Assembly (NCBI GenBank): GCA_963514005.1
Contig: OY740808.1
Span: 29,078,001 to 29,142,000, forward strand
Length of the DNA stretch: 64,000 bases
Reading direction: 5' to 3'
Origin: Raja brachyura
Lineage: Eukaryota
Positions 1 to 13,200 of this stretch are shown here, piece after piece. The position numbers were made by a program, and so were the translations under genes. The notes under the pieces were generated by a model. It was given only the letters and a program-made list of their open reading frames with translations. It did not search any database and had not been told where the DNA came from. Every line of letters begins with the position of its first letter. Within the stretch, counting starts at the first letter, position 1.

Positions 1-96
1 TCATTATGATTTCATAACACCTTGAAACTTCCCTTTTGGGCTATTTAAAATTGTGATAAGATTTTATTTATAATTATTTTCTATGTTTTATTGCAG

Positions 97-177
97 CAAC
101 TTAAAATGGTTTTTATTGGCAGAAGATTAAGAACAAAGAGTGACCTGAGTATTAAAATGTATGAAGAGGAGATTCAG
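97..177 (+). CDS. TPCN1: Two-pore channel 1, penultimate coding exon (gene starts before the window)
   Basis: ttgcag|...|gtatta, 81 nt, phase 0/0; [27 protein letters not shown] resembles the TPC1 C-terminal segment (human, from memory: [24 protein letters not shown]). Confidence 0.93.
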
Positions 178-247
178 GTATTAGAATCTTAACTCTAACG
201 TTAGTACACTGTGCTGTGATTTCCACATGAACAAATGAATTTTGTGG

Positions 248-550
248 TTTAGAGATGCAGGTTGGAAACGGGTCCTTCAGCCCATTTTTCCATGTCATTT
301 TTCCAATGATCACCTAGTTATCTGTTATCCCACTTTTTGTATCCATTCCCTACACACCAGGGGCAATTTGCAACGGCTAATCAATCTACAAATCTACATG
401 TCTTTGGGATGTGGGAGGAAACAGGACCAACTGGCAGAAACCCACATGGTCTCACGGAGAACGTGCAAACTCCACACAAACGGCACCCTAGGTCAGGGTC
501 GAATCCAGGTCTCTGGCACTGTGAGACAGCAGCTCTTCCATTTTGCTGCC
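248..550 (-). mobile_element. HE1/V-SINE-like element
   Basis: Degenerate reverse copy. Confidence 0.7.
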
Positions 551-914
551 CGTTTAGATCAGCTAGAATATTTGTTAGAATGTATTTCAGATGGAAGTAA
601 TTTTGTAGAATTGTCCAATAAAGAGTTAATTTATCAATAAAGAGTTAATTTCTTCACAAAGGGGTGTATAATATAATAGGGGTAGGTGATAGCCAAGGCT
701 TTGTGAATGGAAATTCTGTCTAACTGATGTCCAGATCAGCAATTGTCAGTGGCTTACAATTATAAAGGAACATTTAATTGATTGATGTTTAGAGTTTGTT
801 TGTGATAAGTGATGTGCTGCGTAATCTCGTCTCGTGAAGGCTACCGTATGTTTGCTTGATTTTAATTGTAGTGAACTTCTTCAAAAAAATAGAACTAATC
901 AATTCAGTCCTTGA

Positions 915-1845
915 GTCAAACAGTGAGGAAACAGGTCCTTTGGCCCAACTCACGCATGCCAGTGAGGTTTTATAACTGAGTGAGTCATTTTACCCGCATT
1001 TGGCCCACATCCTCTAAACCAGGGGTGGGGAACCTTTTCAGGTTGGAATGCCGCATTAAGTTAGATGTAATCTAATAAGGTCGCATCCAAGGAACTTCAA
1101 TTAGATATACTTCAAAATGTACATGATTTTGTTAAAATAGCCCTCATGACTTACTAATGTTTTAATTGTGGCCGTCAGTCGGGGAGGATTATTTTGTTGA
1201 ATCTTCTTTTACTCTTTGGTATTTTAAATGGGTTCATTTTAAGAGTAAAATAAAAATAATAAAAGATGAACATAAAACATATTAATAAAAATAAAAGGAT
1301 TTGTTCTACAAAATTTGGATTCATCCAAAAGGCTGCATTTATTGGCCTAAATGGCCGCATGCTAAGGCCGCAGGTTCCCCACCCCTGCTCTAAACCTTTC
1401 CTATCCATGTGCTTGCCTGAATGCCTTTTAAATGTCACCGTTGTACCCACCTCAACTGCTTCCTCTGTCAGCTTGTTCCACATATGCACGATCCTGTGCA
1501 TGTAGAAATTGGCCCTCTGATCTCTTTTAAATCCTGCCTCTCTCACCTTAGATTTATACCCTTTAGTTCTGTATTACTCTACACTGGGAAGAAGATTGTG
1601 ACCATACACTTATCTGTGCCTTTCATGATTTTGTATACCTCAATAAGGTCACCTCTCATCCACCTACACTCCAGGGAAAGAATGTCCAAACCATATCCAG
1701 CCTCTCATTTTAACTTAAGCCCTCAAGTCCTGGTCATATCTTGGTGAATCTTCTCTTCTCTGCCAGCTTAAAGACATCCTATTGCAGGGCAAGACTGGAT
1801 AGTCTTGCCAGTTGTAGCATGATATCCCAACTCCTGTATTCAATA
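915..1845 (-). mobile_element. CR1/HER1-type LINE 3' fragment (split by the hAT MITE)
   Basis: Degenerate CR1 ORF2 C-terminus (FYMHRIVHMWNKLTEEAVEVGTTVTFKRH) and typical tail. Confidence 0.75.
1020..1387. mobile_element. hAT-family MITE inserted into a CR1 3' end
   Basis: 16-bp perfect TIR CAGGGGTGGGGAACCT; 8-bp TSD CTCTAAAC at 1012-1019 and 1388-1395. Confidence 0.9.
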
Positions 1846-2057
1846 AGGGCAAACTCCTGAGTCTGAAGAAAGGTCTTGACCTGAAACGCGACCAATATAT
1901 GTTCTCCAGAGATGGCCTGACCTGCTGAGTTACTCCAGCACTTTGTGTTTTTTACCCATGCTGAAGAAGGCAAGCTTGCCCTGCCTGCCTATGTTGCCAC
2001 TTTAGTAGTTGATTTCTTGTACAATATACAGCAACAAAAATGTATCTCTTCCCACAG

Positions 2058-2183
2058 GAATGGTACGAAGAGCATGCCCGAATAAACCAAATGCAGCAGG
2101 ACCAACCACTGGAATGTATTTTGAACTCCAACACGCACCTGCCATCTGCAGAATTGCGGCAGCGCTCTCAGACTGTAACTTAG
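2058..2183 (+). CDS. TPCN1: Two-pore channel 1, last coding exon
   Basis: cccacag| then EWYEEHARINQMQQDQPLECILNSNTHLPSAELRQRSQTVT-TAG; matches the TPC1 terminus (EWYEEHAR...RQRSQTVT). Confidence 0.93.
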   Translation, partial: EWYEEHARINQMQQDQPLECILNSNTHLPSAELRQRSQTVT

Positions 2184-2668
2184 AAATATAACCAACTTGT
2201 CCACTATGCAATAATTGTTCAGTATTATTTTGTATCTGGTGTTTTGCACGTATGCACTTGGGGATGTTCTGCCAGTTTGAAGACCTACAGTGTTGGCAGA
2301 ATCCTGAATTCTGGAAGGAGCCAGACTGCTGGGGAGGAAAGAGTCCACATTACTCAGAAATTCTGATCTGATGATCTGTGGTAAGCTATATATGTCAAAA
2401 AATATATATTGTTATGTTATTTAAGTTCCATTGATATTTAGCTTTTAGCAGTTTTATTTCATACCTGAATTAATAACGTGCTCTGTGGGTAGCTGATCAC
2501 AATATTTTAATATAAAACCTCCATAACCAGTGTTTTTTATTGCGTCAGTTCTCATTGTCAGTCTATAAGATGTACTATACCTAAAGGAATCATTCTTTTT
2601 TGACTCAGAAGATGTAATTCTCAGGGTCACTTCTATTTGTAAGCCATAGTATTAAATACAGGGAGCTG

Positions 2669-4519
2669 CAGTGCCCTCAGTAATGTTTGGGACAAAGACC
2701 CATCATTTATTTATTTGCCTCTATACTCCACAATTTAAGATTTGTAATAGAAAAAAAATCACTTGTGGTTAAAGTGCACATTATCAGATTTTAATAAAGG
2801 CTGTTTTTATACATTTTGGATTCACCATGTAGAAATTACAGCAGTGTGTATACATAGTCTCTCCATTTCAGGGCACCATAATGTTTGGGACACAGCAGTG
2901 TCATGTAAATGAAAGTAGTCGTGTTTAGTATTTTGTTGCATATCCTTTGCATGCAATGACTGCCACAAAAGGTAGTTGAGGCCAGTTCATTGGCTATATT
3001 TAACGGAGTTAGATGTGGCCCTTGTGGCTAAAGGGATCAGGGGGTATGGAGAGAAGGCAGGTACAGGATACCGAGTTGAATGATCAGCCATGATCATATT
3101 GAATGGCGGTGCAGGCTCAAAGGGCCGAATGGCCTACTCCTGCACCTATTTTCTATGTTTCTATGTTGAAGTCTGCGATTCATGGACATCACCAGTTGCT
3201 GTGTGTCTTCCCTGTTGATGCTCTGCCAGGCCTGTATTGCAGCCATCTTTAGCTTATGCTTGTTTTGGGGGCTAGTCCCCTTCAGTTTTCACTTCAGCAC
3301 ATAAAAGACATGCTCAATTAGGTTCAGATTGGTTGATTGACTTGGCCACTCAAGAATTGACAATTGTTTAGCTTTGAAAAACTCCTTTCTTGCTTTAGCA
3401 GTGTGTTTTGGATCATTGTCTTGCTGTAGAATGAACTTCCGGCCAATGAGTTTTGAGGCATTTGTTTGAAATTGAGCAAAAATAATGTGTCTATAAACTT
3501 CAGAATTCATTATGCTACTACGATCAGCAGTTGTATCATCAATGAAGATAAGTGAACCAGTACGTTCAGCAGCCATACATGCCCAGGTCATAACACCCCC
3601 ACCACCGTGTTTCGCAGATGAGGAGGTATGTTTTGGATCTTGGGCAGTTCCTTCTCTCCTCCATATTTTGCCCTTGCCATCACTCCTGATATGTTAATCT
3701 TCATCGCATCTGTCCACAAGACATTTTTCCAGAACTGTAGTTGCTCATTTAAGTACTTCTTGGCAAACTGTAACCTGGCCATCCTATTTTTGTGGCTAAC
3801 CAGTGGTTTGCATCTTGCAATGTAGCCACTGTATTTCTGTTCATGAAGTCCTCTGCAGAAAGTGGCCATTGACAAATCCACACCTGACTCCTGAATAGTG
3901 TTTCTGATCTGGTGTTTGGGGATTTTTCTTTATTATAGAGAGAATTCTTCTGTCATCAGCTGAGGAGGTCTTTCTTGGCCAGTCCCTTTGCGATTAATAA
4001 GCTCACCAGTGCTCTCTTTCTTCTTAATGATGTTCCAAACAGTTTATTTTGATAAGCCTAAGGTTTGGCTGATGCCTCTAACAGTTTTATTCTTGTTTCT
4101 CAGCCTCATAATGGCTTATTTGACGTTCATTGGCACAACTTTGTTCCTCATGTCGAAAAACAGCAATAAAAGTTTCCAAAGGTGATGGAAAGATTGGAGG
4201 AAAGGCTAGATGCTGAGAGCTCTGTTATTCCTGCATTAAGGAAGCATTTAAACACACAGCTGAGCAATTACAAACACCTGTGAAGCCATGTGTCCCAAGC
4301 ATTATGGTGCCCTGAAATTGTGTGTGTGTGGGGGGGGGGGGGTCTATGTATAAATACTGCTATAATTTCTACATGGTGAAACCAAAATGTATAAAAATAC
4401 CCTTTAATAAAATCTGACAATGTGCACTTTAGCCACATGTGATTTTTTCTCAAATTGTGGAGTATAGAGGCAAATAAATAAATGATGGGACTTTGTCCCA
4501 AACATTATGGAGGGCACTG
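2669..4519 (-). mobile_element. Tc1/mariner (DD34E) transposon, full length, with decayed transposase
   Basis: About 220-bp TIRs CAGTGCCCTC..ATGTTTGGGACA with internal direct repeats; TA on the right flank; frameshifted transposase pieces (ARCKPL, VLWTD, QQDNDPKHT, WPSQS..LNLIE). Confidence 0.93.
2964..3165 (+). mobile_element. CR1 LINE 3' end nested in the Tc1 element
   Basis: Typical chondrichthyan CR1 tail (gatcagccatgatcatattgaatggcgg...ctatgtttctatg). Confidence 0.85.
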
Positions 4520-7500
4520 TAGGTGAAGCTGTAATTGGATAATTATTCTAACCATAGTATTGAAATGTTTCAGATGCTGTTGCCACTACGTTCAAGAATA
4601 TATACTAAACATTCAATTTGGATATTTATTTTGGAAGCTCTGTGGTATTGACGTTAAGTTCCTTTATGTTTAACTCTTCTATACATTTCCATTAAATTTA
4701 AGCCTGGTTAAGCCAGCACGCACATTAAATTGGTTTTCAACTTGCAGTGCTCCTCAAACTGTAACACTGTGTTTATGCTGAATTCTGTGTCTGCGATAAT
4801 TGAACATATACTCAAAATTCACCTCTTTTCCTTTACTTGATCGCGTTTACTGAAACCTGCAGAAATACTTCTTTATATTGTTTTTATGTTTATAATGACT
4901 TTGTGCGTTACTGCAACTCAGGAGAGTGACCCAGCGAAGTAACTGCAGTTGTTAGAATTGGAGCACTGAATAAATTGCTGGAGCAACTCAGTGGGCCGTG
5001 CAGCATCAATTGAAGCAAAGGGATGGTCAACATTTCGGTTTGTGGCCATTCATCAGGACTGAGGGTGTAGAGGCAGAGTAAAGACACGAGGGGGAGGGGT
5101 GAGACGGGGTCTGGCCAGTGATAGGTGGAACCAGGTAAGGTGGGAGTGGGGGAGAAGAAACTCAAGAGACAGAGGTGGTTGAGAGGTAGTGTCATAAGGA
5201 CAGAGACAAAAGGGGTAGATGGAGCCAGGTGGGAAGGTAGACACAGAGGCTGGAAGGTGATAAGTGGAATCAAGGCACTAGATGCAGGATCTGATAAGGA
5301 AGATAGTGGAACAAGGTAAGAGAAATATGGTGGGCAGATGGAACCAGATTGCCAGGGGATACCAGGTGAAATGTATAGGTGATTATCAGGTGGAACCAGA
5401 AGAGGGAGGGAAATGAAACTGGATGACAGGGAGTCTGGATGGAGAGAAAAAAAAAGAGTACAGAGAAAGTGGGTTTGGAAAGTGAAGTTGGAAAATTCAA
5501 TGTTCCCTGTAGACAACCCAGGTGGAACATAGGGATATCCTTCTCGGAGTCCTTGCTACACTCCTTTCTCTCTCCTCTGGCTCCCTGGCCCAACCACTGC
5601 CAGTTTCATTCCCCTTCTGGTTGCATTTGCCTATCACCCACACACTGCATCTTTTGGTTCTCCATCCTCTCTCCCGGCTGGTTCCATCTCCCCATCCCTT
5701 CCCTTATCTACTTCCACATCACCTTCCAGCCCCCCATCGGTGTCCCCCCTTTCTCGTCTCTTATTCTCTCTACTGAACACCCAACAGCCTCTGATTTCCT
5801 CCACCGCCCATCATCTCCGTCTTCACCCGATTACACCTATCGCCTGTCAGCCCGTCTCACTTCTTTCTACATGCTATCTCGCCTCTGTGCTCTCAGTCCC
5901 GACACAGGCTATTGAGTCAAAATGCAACAACTCGTCAACAGCAGCTGCAAAAGCTGTTGTTCCGACTGCAGTTTGTTAGCTTTTTGCTGCAGTTAAGTAA
6001 TTCATTTGGGTACAGTATCACCTCCAGCAACCAAAAATGAAATAAAATATAAGACTGGTAATTTACCATTTGAGTAGAGTGACGCAAGTTCTTTCACAGG
6101 AGTAATGTGAACCTTTTGCTGATTTATTTAGTGATCAGATATTTCACAGGTCAATGTGAAGACAAGTGAGAGGCAGTATCTTCGTGGAGCAGCAGGGGAC
6201 AGTTGCGCAGAGGCATTATAGGAATTAAATGGCATTCCTGAGTTTTGTTTGATTTGGAATTTACGAGTATTAATGCACCGCATTTGCTCTGTTGAATTCA
6301 TAACATAGAAGGGAAGGAAGATTTCACAAGTGCAGATTGGATACCACAGTCGGCAAGTCACCAGGCAAAATGCACTTATTATTATTCAGACATGTAATAA
6401 ATTTCAATATTTTTCCTTTGACTAATTTGGTGAGATTTTCTTCATGTAGAGGTATAATTACTACAATTTAAAAAATAATTTGCTGAATAAGGATAGTAAA
6501 TTCAATAAATAGCTGAACTCTATTCCATATGTTTAGTAACTGCCATCAACACTCACTCCACCTATTAGCAACGAGGCACTGCCACACCTCTCTCCTTTCC
6601 ATACGCGTTGTCTTCTCTCCACACTCTGTCCTGATGCAAAGTCTCAGCCTGAGATGTCAACTATCCTTTTGCCTCCACGGATGCTGCCCGACCTGTGGAA
6701 TTCCTCCAGTTTGTTTTCTTGCTCACTATCCCAGCATCTAGTCTCTTGGGTCCACTATTGAATTCATTGAGTCAATACCGGCTCTAGCAAGAGCAACCTG
6801 GTCTATGCCACGTCCCTGCCCTGTCCCATTAACTCTGTAAATCCTTTCCCTTTTAAAAACTTGTCCAGTTTTCTTTTGACTCTGATAATCCTGGCCTTGC
6901 ATTCCTCACTGCATATATCACATTTCGCATTCACCTTCGTTCTATGTTGTCAATCCCACTACTAATGGAACATTTGTCTAATCTGTATATTTTTCCATAA
7001 TGTTCTTTAAAAAAAAATAAATGATTTGTAACCAAAGGAAACACTTATAGTGCAGATTTTTTTTAAAACTACCCTTGCAGTTTTACAGCATAATGATAAA
7101 TATTGCTTTAAGCATCTTTCTAAAGTTCCTACAGCAGTGTATATTTATAATGGATATTAGTGGATGTTAATATTAACAGTATTTAACCAATAGATATTGG
7201 CCCAATCCCAAATTAACATTATGTATTGTCACTCAAGGATTGAGCCTTAGACCAATTATGCCTCATAGTACAATTTAATTTTAGACCGAGTTTAGGCAGT
7301 AAATGGAGACTGTTGTAATCTAAACAAACAGATTTGCACACTTCCATCAAGTCTTAAAATTCCCTCTGAACTAAAATAGGGCCTCTCATGATTTCACTTG
7401 GCTAGACAGCTAGCCCAGAACTAAAAAGCACAATTCTATTAATTTTCAGCATCTGTTTTATTCTTAAAATTGTTCAATTAGTTTTCTGTATATCAAGCAG

Positions 7501-9423
7501 TTAAATATTTGCTACATTTTAATGATATGAATTAATGAAGCAGTTCTCAGCCGAGTATAATATTGGATGTTTGTTTTTTAAACTGCCATTACTGATACAG
7601 GCAATTCTCAAATTAAATATACTAAAGGCACCTTGCATAAAGTTATTTGATATTTTAGAATTTAACAGTTTTATTTTGTACCACTATGATTCGGTTATTG
7701 CTTCTCAAAACATTATTCAAACCTACTAGCAAAATTAATTTGCTTTCATAATCAAGATACATCTACCATCATAATTAAAACTATGGCACATGATACAAGA
7801 TAAGACAGCAGCACAGCTGAAAATTCCATTTGAATAGTTTATTTCCATTTATTGCATTATTTAAAGTGACAAAGCAAACATTTGTAATGTGGAACTTTTT
7901 ACATTACAAGTTGAGATAATAAGTTAATATTTCAAGTTTCAGACCATCTATTTGAAACACCTTTGTCTTCACAAAAACAAGTATTCCTTGCATTTTTATT
8001 TCAGATATCCCAGGTTCAAAGAATTGTCTCCGTAATAAAAATGTGGAAATGCATTACTTGTGCATATAAAAATAATCTAATATTTATTTTTGTAAAATGA
8101 AGCTTCTCAGGTATTCAGAGTGAATTTTAATCATGTTCTTGCATGACTGTAGAATTAATAGATTGAACTGAGTAATTATATTAACATTTGGAGGAATTGG
8201 GTAATTATTCCTAGTTATAATCAAGTGTTTCCTCATTGCCATTATATGTAGCATTTTTCCTAATTCAGTTTCCCCAATCCCATTCCAGCTCGACATACTG
8301 TAGAGTTTGTATGAAACAAGAGCTTTCAGTTTAATTCTCACTGTGGGCATTTGACAGAATCATGCAGGTCAGTGTAGATGGAAATGGACAGCAATTAAAA
8401 CAGCAGTGATGGAAATATTTGGGCCCTCACTGCCAGCCTGAAGAGGGGGGGGGGGAGAAATGAGAAAATAAAAATCACTGGGGCATTACTTGACTCCAGA
8501 TTCTAGCATTTATTCATAATCCAAATTTTGGTTCTCCTAATAATATCAATACGAAACAGCCATCAAGCTGCTTCTGTTGACCTTACATTGATGCAAATTT
8601 TACAAAAGCCAGCACAAAACATATGGAAAATTCAAATTTGATTCAAACACATTGTGTATGCATTTGGAGTAGCACTGCATTTATGGAAAATGTCTGGTAG
8701 ATTGAAGCTGCCAGAGACATCGTTTCAAGTGGATGTGCACATTACTTTGTCTTTTATTAAACATTAAACTCTGTCATGAACAGTTTTGGCTTCATTTCAG
8801 GATTCTAGAAAATGGTATGCCGTTTATTTTTCCATTCATTTATATTTGTACATACACTTACAATATTTAGTATGGATCAACTGCTATATTTTACTGCAAT
8901 TAAGTTAAATCCGCAATTTAGATTTCAATGTAATTAATAATGTATAGCAATGTTTAGGTCAGTACCCATTATATTCTTGTGCAAGAAAAAACTGCAAATG
9001 TTGGTTTAAATCAACGGTAGACACAAAATGCTGGAGTAACTCAGCGGGACAGGCAGCATCTCTAAAATTCACCGATCAGAAATATACACAGTTTTCTCCT
9101 CAGATATGACCAGATCTGCACCATATCTGAATCTTTTGCTTGCCACCCCTCCCCACTCCAATTCTTGCAACAACTGCAATTGCTGTCTAGATTTTTAGAC
9201 AGCGATACCATGTTGTGGAGTGGAGGAGAATGGTGGAAAGGAAATTAATTCCACACCACCTAAACTATGATGTTGTGACCTTGGCAATCTCAATCAAGGT
9301 AAAGCAGAAAAAGTTGAAATCCGGGCTCTGGTGTTCTGTAAAATATTCACTTGTCTTAAAAATAGAAAATATACATGCATCAAACACCTAACTACTAGTC
9401 ACACAAACATTTAAATAGTAAAA

Positions 9424-9429
9424 TTTATT
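9424..9429 (-). terminator. Candidate polyadenylation signal of SLC8B1
   Basis: AATAAA on the minus strand about 630 nt after the stop, followed by a GT/T-rich element (tttaaatgtttgtgt). Confidence 0.5.
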
Positions 9430-10061
9430 CCACAAGTAAAAAGTCATACAACAGCAATATCATTGAACATAAAATTCAGTTCTAAGGTCAAGTGTAATGC
9501 CGAGGTGTAATCTTACTGGAAAAATTTCCCTTGTTCCCATTGGAGGCAACTTGATAAAACCTTACAACAGTGCAAAGAAAGTTACCCAATTATCCATACA
9601 GTTCAAATGAACGACAAACTCAAGATCAAGAGATGTTAAATTTGTTGATACTCCAATGCGAGTGACTGACTGAATTCCAGCTTCAGTAATAAAGGCTCGT
9701 GGTGAAAATAAGGTTGTTTCTGGGGGTGAACATATTTTAAGCTTTGAAAAAAAATCCCTGTATTCCATCTTTGCTCAGCAATTTATGGACCATATCCAAG
9801 TGAAGCCGCCTCTATTTGTAGAAAACATCATTCTGTTCAACCTCATGAACATACAGAATCAAAAATATAAATTGTCAGCTTCATTAAACAAGAGATTTTA
9901 AAGTAAATAATTAAGGTGCAAATTCTGTTCAGTGCTTTTCCCATCCACCTAAACATTTAGTTTTCAGACATCTGACAAAGGCTATAATTTAAACATAAAT
10001 TCATGTGCAAAATGTGCCAGAACTATTATTTCACATCAGCCTATATCACGGACACCATAAT

Positions 10062-10250
10062 TTAAATATGTATAATTTCAGCTTCAGTCAATAGTGCTAT
10101 TATAACAAATATTACATAATAGGAGACTAAAATAATGCCGTATAATCGTGTGAACTTAAAGCCTTGAAGCGGGATCAATATAAATGACATAACAAGACTG
10201 AAGCCGAGTGATCCAACTAGAACCCAATCTAGGAGGCCATCGCATTTGAT
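10062..10250 (-). CDS. SLC8B1: SLC8B1 last coding exon
   Basis: IKCDGLLDWVLVGSLGFSLVMSFILIPLQGFKFTRLYGIILVSYYVIFVIIALLTEAEIIHI-TAA, 189 nt. Confidence 0.94.
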   Translation of the reverse strand: MKCDGLLDWVLVGSLGFSLVMSFILIPLQGFKFTRLYGIILVSYYVIFVIIALLTEAEIIHI

Positions 10251-13200
10251 CTGAGGAAGAAATATAAATGAGTAAATTTGGCACTAGTATAAATTTACAT
10301 TAAATTACTGTGGAAGATGTTTTAATGCACAACCAAAATTGTGACTTCTACAAAAATGAAACCAAAATTAAGAGATAGGATTCAACCCAAATACCAAAAG
10401 GAACTCTTTGCAGATAAGTTTTTGCAGCGTGCTTATAAAGCACATTTATGTAATAACAATTTTCACAGTGGACTAATCTAAAATGTCCCATCTAAAATAC
10501 ACAAACATGTGGCAGATTGAAATGGCTTATAACAAATCAATCTTTTTTTTACTTCCTGCCAGCAAACTTTAAAACCATACAATTTATGCAGCTCTAGTAT
10601 TTTAGGGATAAGCAACCGACTTCAAATGAGACAGTCACGTTCATATTACAGTGAATCATATCATCTATCCTTAGTTCAGGAAATCCTGCTTTGAATGTCA
10701 ACTCTGATTTACAGCAGTACTTTAAAAATTCAACTGCTCGTTTTAAATTGCTATTTCATCAGAGCCCCTTCATGGAGATTGTTTACTTCTTAGTTAGACA
10801 CAGCTTATCTATCAATGTCCACTTCCTCCATTTTATTCCATTCACCAGTCCCTCATGTTCCATCCTTACTCATCTACAAGCCTTGCAACATCCAAAGTCA
10901 TGAGATCAGCCCTCACATATACACAGCTCACCCGCCTCGGAATGCTTTTGCAAAATCCCCATCTTACCATAACTTACCTTCCTCTGAATATTTATTGCAA
11001 AGTATAATCTTTGAACTCCAGAAATTACATACTCTTGCAAACGACACTACATTTTCCATTGACACTAATTAAATCTTGAAGAATGTTGTATCCAGAGCAT
11101 AGCTTCCCAACTACATCCTTTGGTACACACTTCCATTTCTTAAAAGCGCTCATTTGGACATACTTTCTTGATATGAGGATTTGTATCAAGTGATTTTTCT
11201 TTCCCCAGCTGATTATTTTGATATCTTGGCCTTCCTCCCACACATCTTCAGCTTAGAATTCTATCTCAAACCAATTTCTTTCCCATCATTATCTATTGTG
11301 CTGGAGTGAGCTTGGCTTGATTGTATTAATGTATAGCATTTTCTGACTTGATTGCATAGCATGCAAGACAAAAAACGATCTCAGTTAATCACGAGTCAGT
11401 GATAAACCCTAACCTTTGAAGAAGTCTCGACCTGAAATGTAACCTATTCCTTTTCTCCAGAGATGCTGCCTGACCCACTGAGTTACTCCAGCATTTTGTC
11501 TCTATATCAACGCAAACCTTTTTTTGCTCTTCAACCATCTTCAAAGGTGCTGCAACTCTCGACCCAAAATCAGCATTTATCCTGGGTTAAAAACCATTCA
11601 ATATCCCTAGACCAATTACTCTTATTTTTGACCAGCAGCCTGTTCTTATTTCCCCTCCCATTACATGAAGCCTGCGGCTCCTCCAAGTTGCTGAATAATA
11701 GAGAACAAAAAAGTCCAGAGTTTTAAGTTTACTTTTGAAAAGCATGCAAACATGGTATGAAATATGTATATAGTAAGATGGGTACACACCTCAAGGATGT
11801 TATCATTGTAGGGCATTTGAATAAGAGCGCTTAAGCCTATACCAAACAGCATATCTACAGTGGAATTAAGGAACCATACAACTTTGAATAGCCTTTGGAA
11901 TTTTATAACCAAATGCAGAAACCACACAAAAGGATACTAAATATTATTCCACCGAAGCATGCAGCAATAGCCATCCGCGGGTATCCTTGTCGAGCTACTG
12001 TGATGTCGGAGAACAAATCTGGGGGAGAAAAGCACCAGGTTGATTTCGGCTTCAACCTCCACCCACTAAAGTAATAATTTGATTCAAAGTGTGGCAGTGA
12101 CAAACTCAGCATGTGCACGCTGTTCCCAAACCAGTCACCTTCGCTTTTAAACAAGGAAAACCACCAGTAGCACACACATTTTGTTCCTCTCATTGTCACC
12201 AGCTTTAGGGAAGTAGCCCGACAAAGCATAAATATTCAGTGTTAAAATAACTTCCCCAAATCAAAAACCTCATAATCTTATTTAATATTTAAAATGCCAC
12301 TTAAATTAGTTTCCCCTAATGTAAACAAGCTTATTTAAAACTGCCCCTAATAAGACTCTTAAAGGTCACCCATCTGAAGGGTCCCAACCCAAAACATCAC
12401 CCACTTCCCTCTAGAGATGCTGCCTGTCCAGCTGGGTTTCTCCAGTATTGCGTGTCTACCTTCGATTTAAACCAGCATGTGCAGTTTTTTCCTACACATA
12501 TCTTCAGAGATGGTGACTGACCCAATGGACTATTCCAGCAATTTGTGTTCTACACATTTAGAATTGATAACTTTCTCCAAGCATCATTGCATTGACGTTA
12601 GGCTCATGTTTCATGACATAAAAACATTACATTTCCTCAGCTGCCGGTCAGAGGCAGTTTGCTATCAAGCTCTATTCTGCTGATTCTCAGTGAGAATCCT
12701 TGCCACTGTGTTAATGTCTTTGGGATCATGCAGTATCTTTCTGCATTGCTGGAGCCGTCAAAACATTCCCCAGGAAATTAAAATGGCCTCCGTCTTGCAG
12801 TAAGATTAATCATTGCATGTTAGGAAAGGAAACCTGCATACCTTGGTCTAACAAAGGACATGCATAAGTCAGACAGGTTATTAAACACAATCTGTTAGTT
12901 TCATGGCCACCATGACTGATCCTAATTTTGTGTTCCAGTTTGATTCAATTGACCAGATTTCAATTCTCTAGCTGCCGTGGTGGGATTTGAATATAGGCGT
13001 TGGACTCCACAACACTATTCCATTATTGCAGCTACAATGTTACTACTATTTACGTTTCAAATGTTTGACATAAATATTTACAAATAAAATGGAAACTCAG
13101 CTCAGTTCTGGAAGTGGCCATTCAATTCAGTATAGATCTGGAGTTTGGTGATACAGTGTTGAAACAGACCCTTCGGCCTGCAGTGTCCTCCTTGACCATC

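Noticed and set aside
2940-2948. ATATCCTTT resembling an AT-AC U12 donor
   Set aside because: It lies inside the Tc1 element, downstream of the TPCN1 stop, with no matching exon or branch site identified.
4908-5979. ORFs of 100-200 aa rich in P/S/L
   Set aside because: They lie in purine- or pyrimidine-biased, decayed Penelope-derived sequence arranged in opposite orientations.
6000-9400. Possible overlap of TPCN1 and SLC8B1 3' UTRs
   Set aside because: AATAAA hexamers on both strands are expected by chance in AT-rich DNA; transcript data would be needed.
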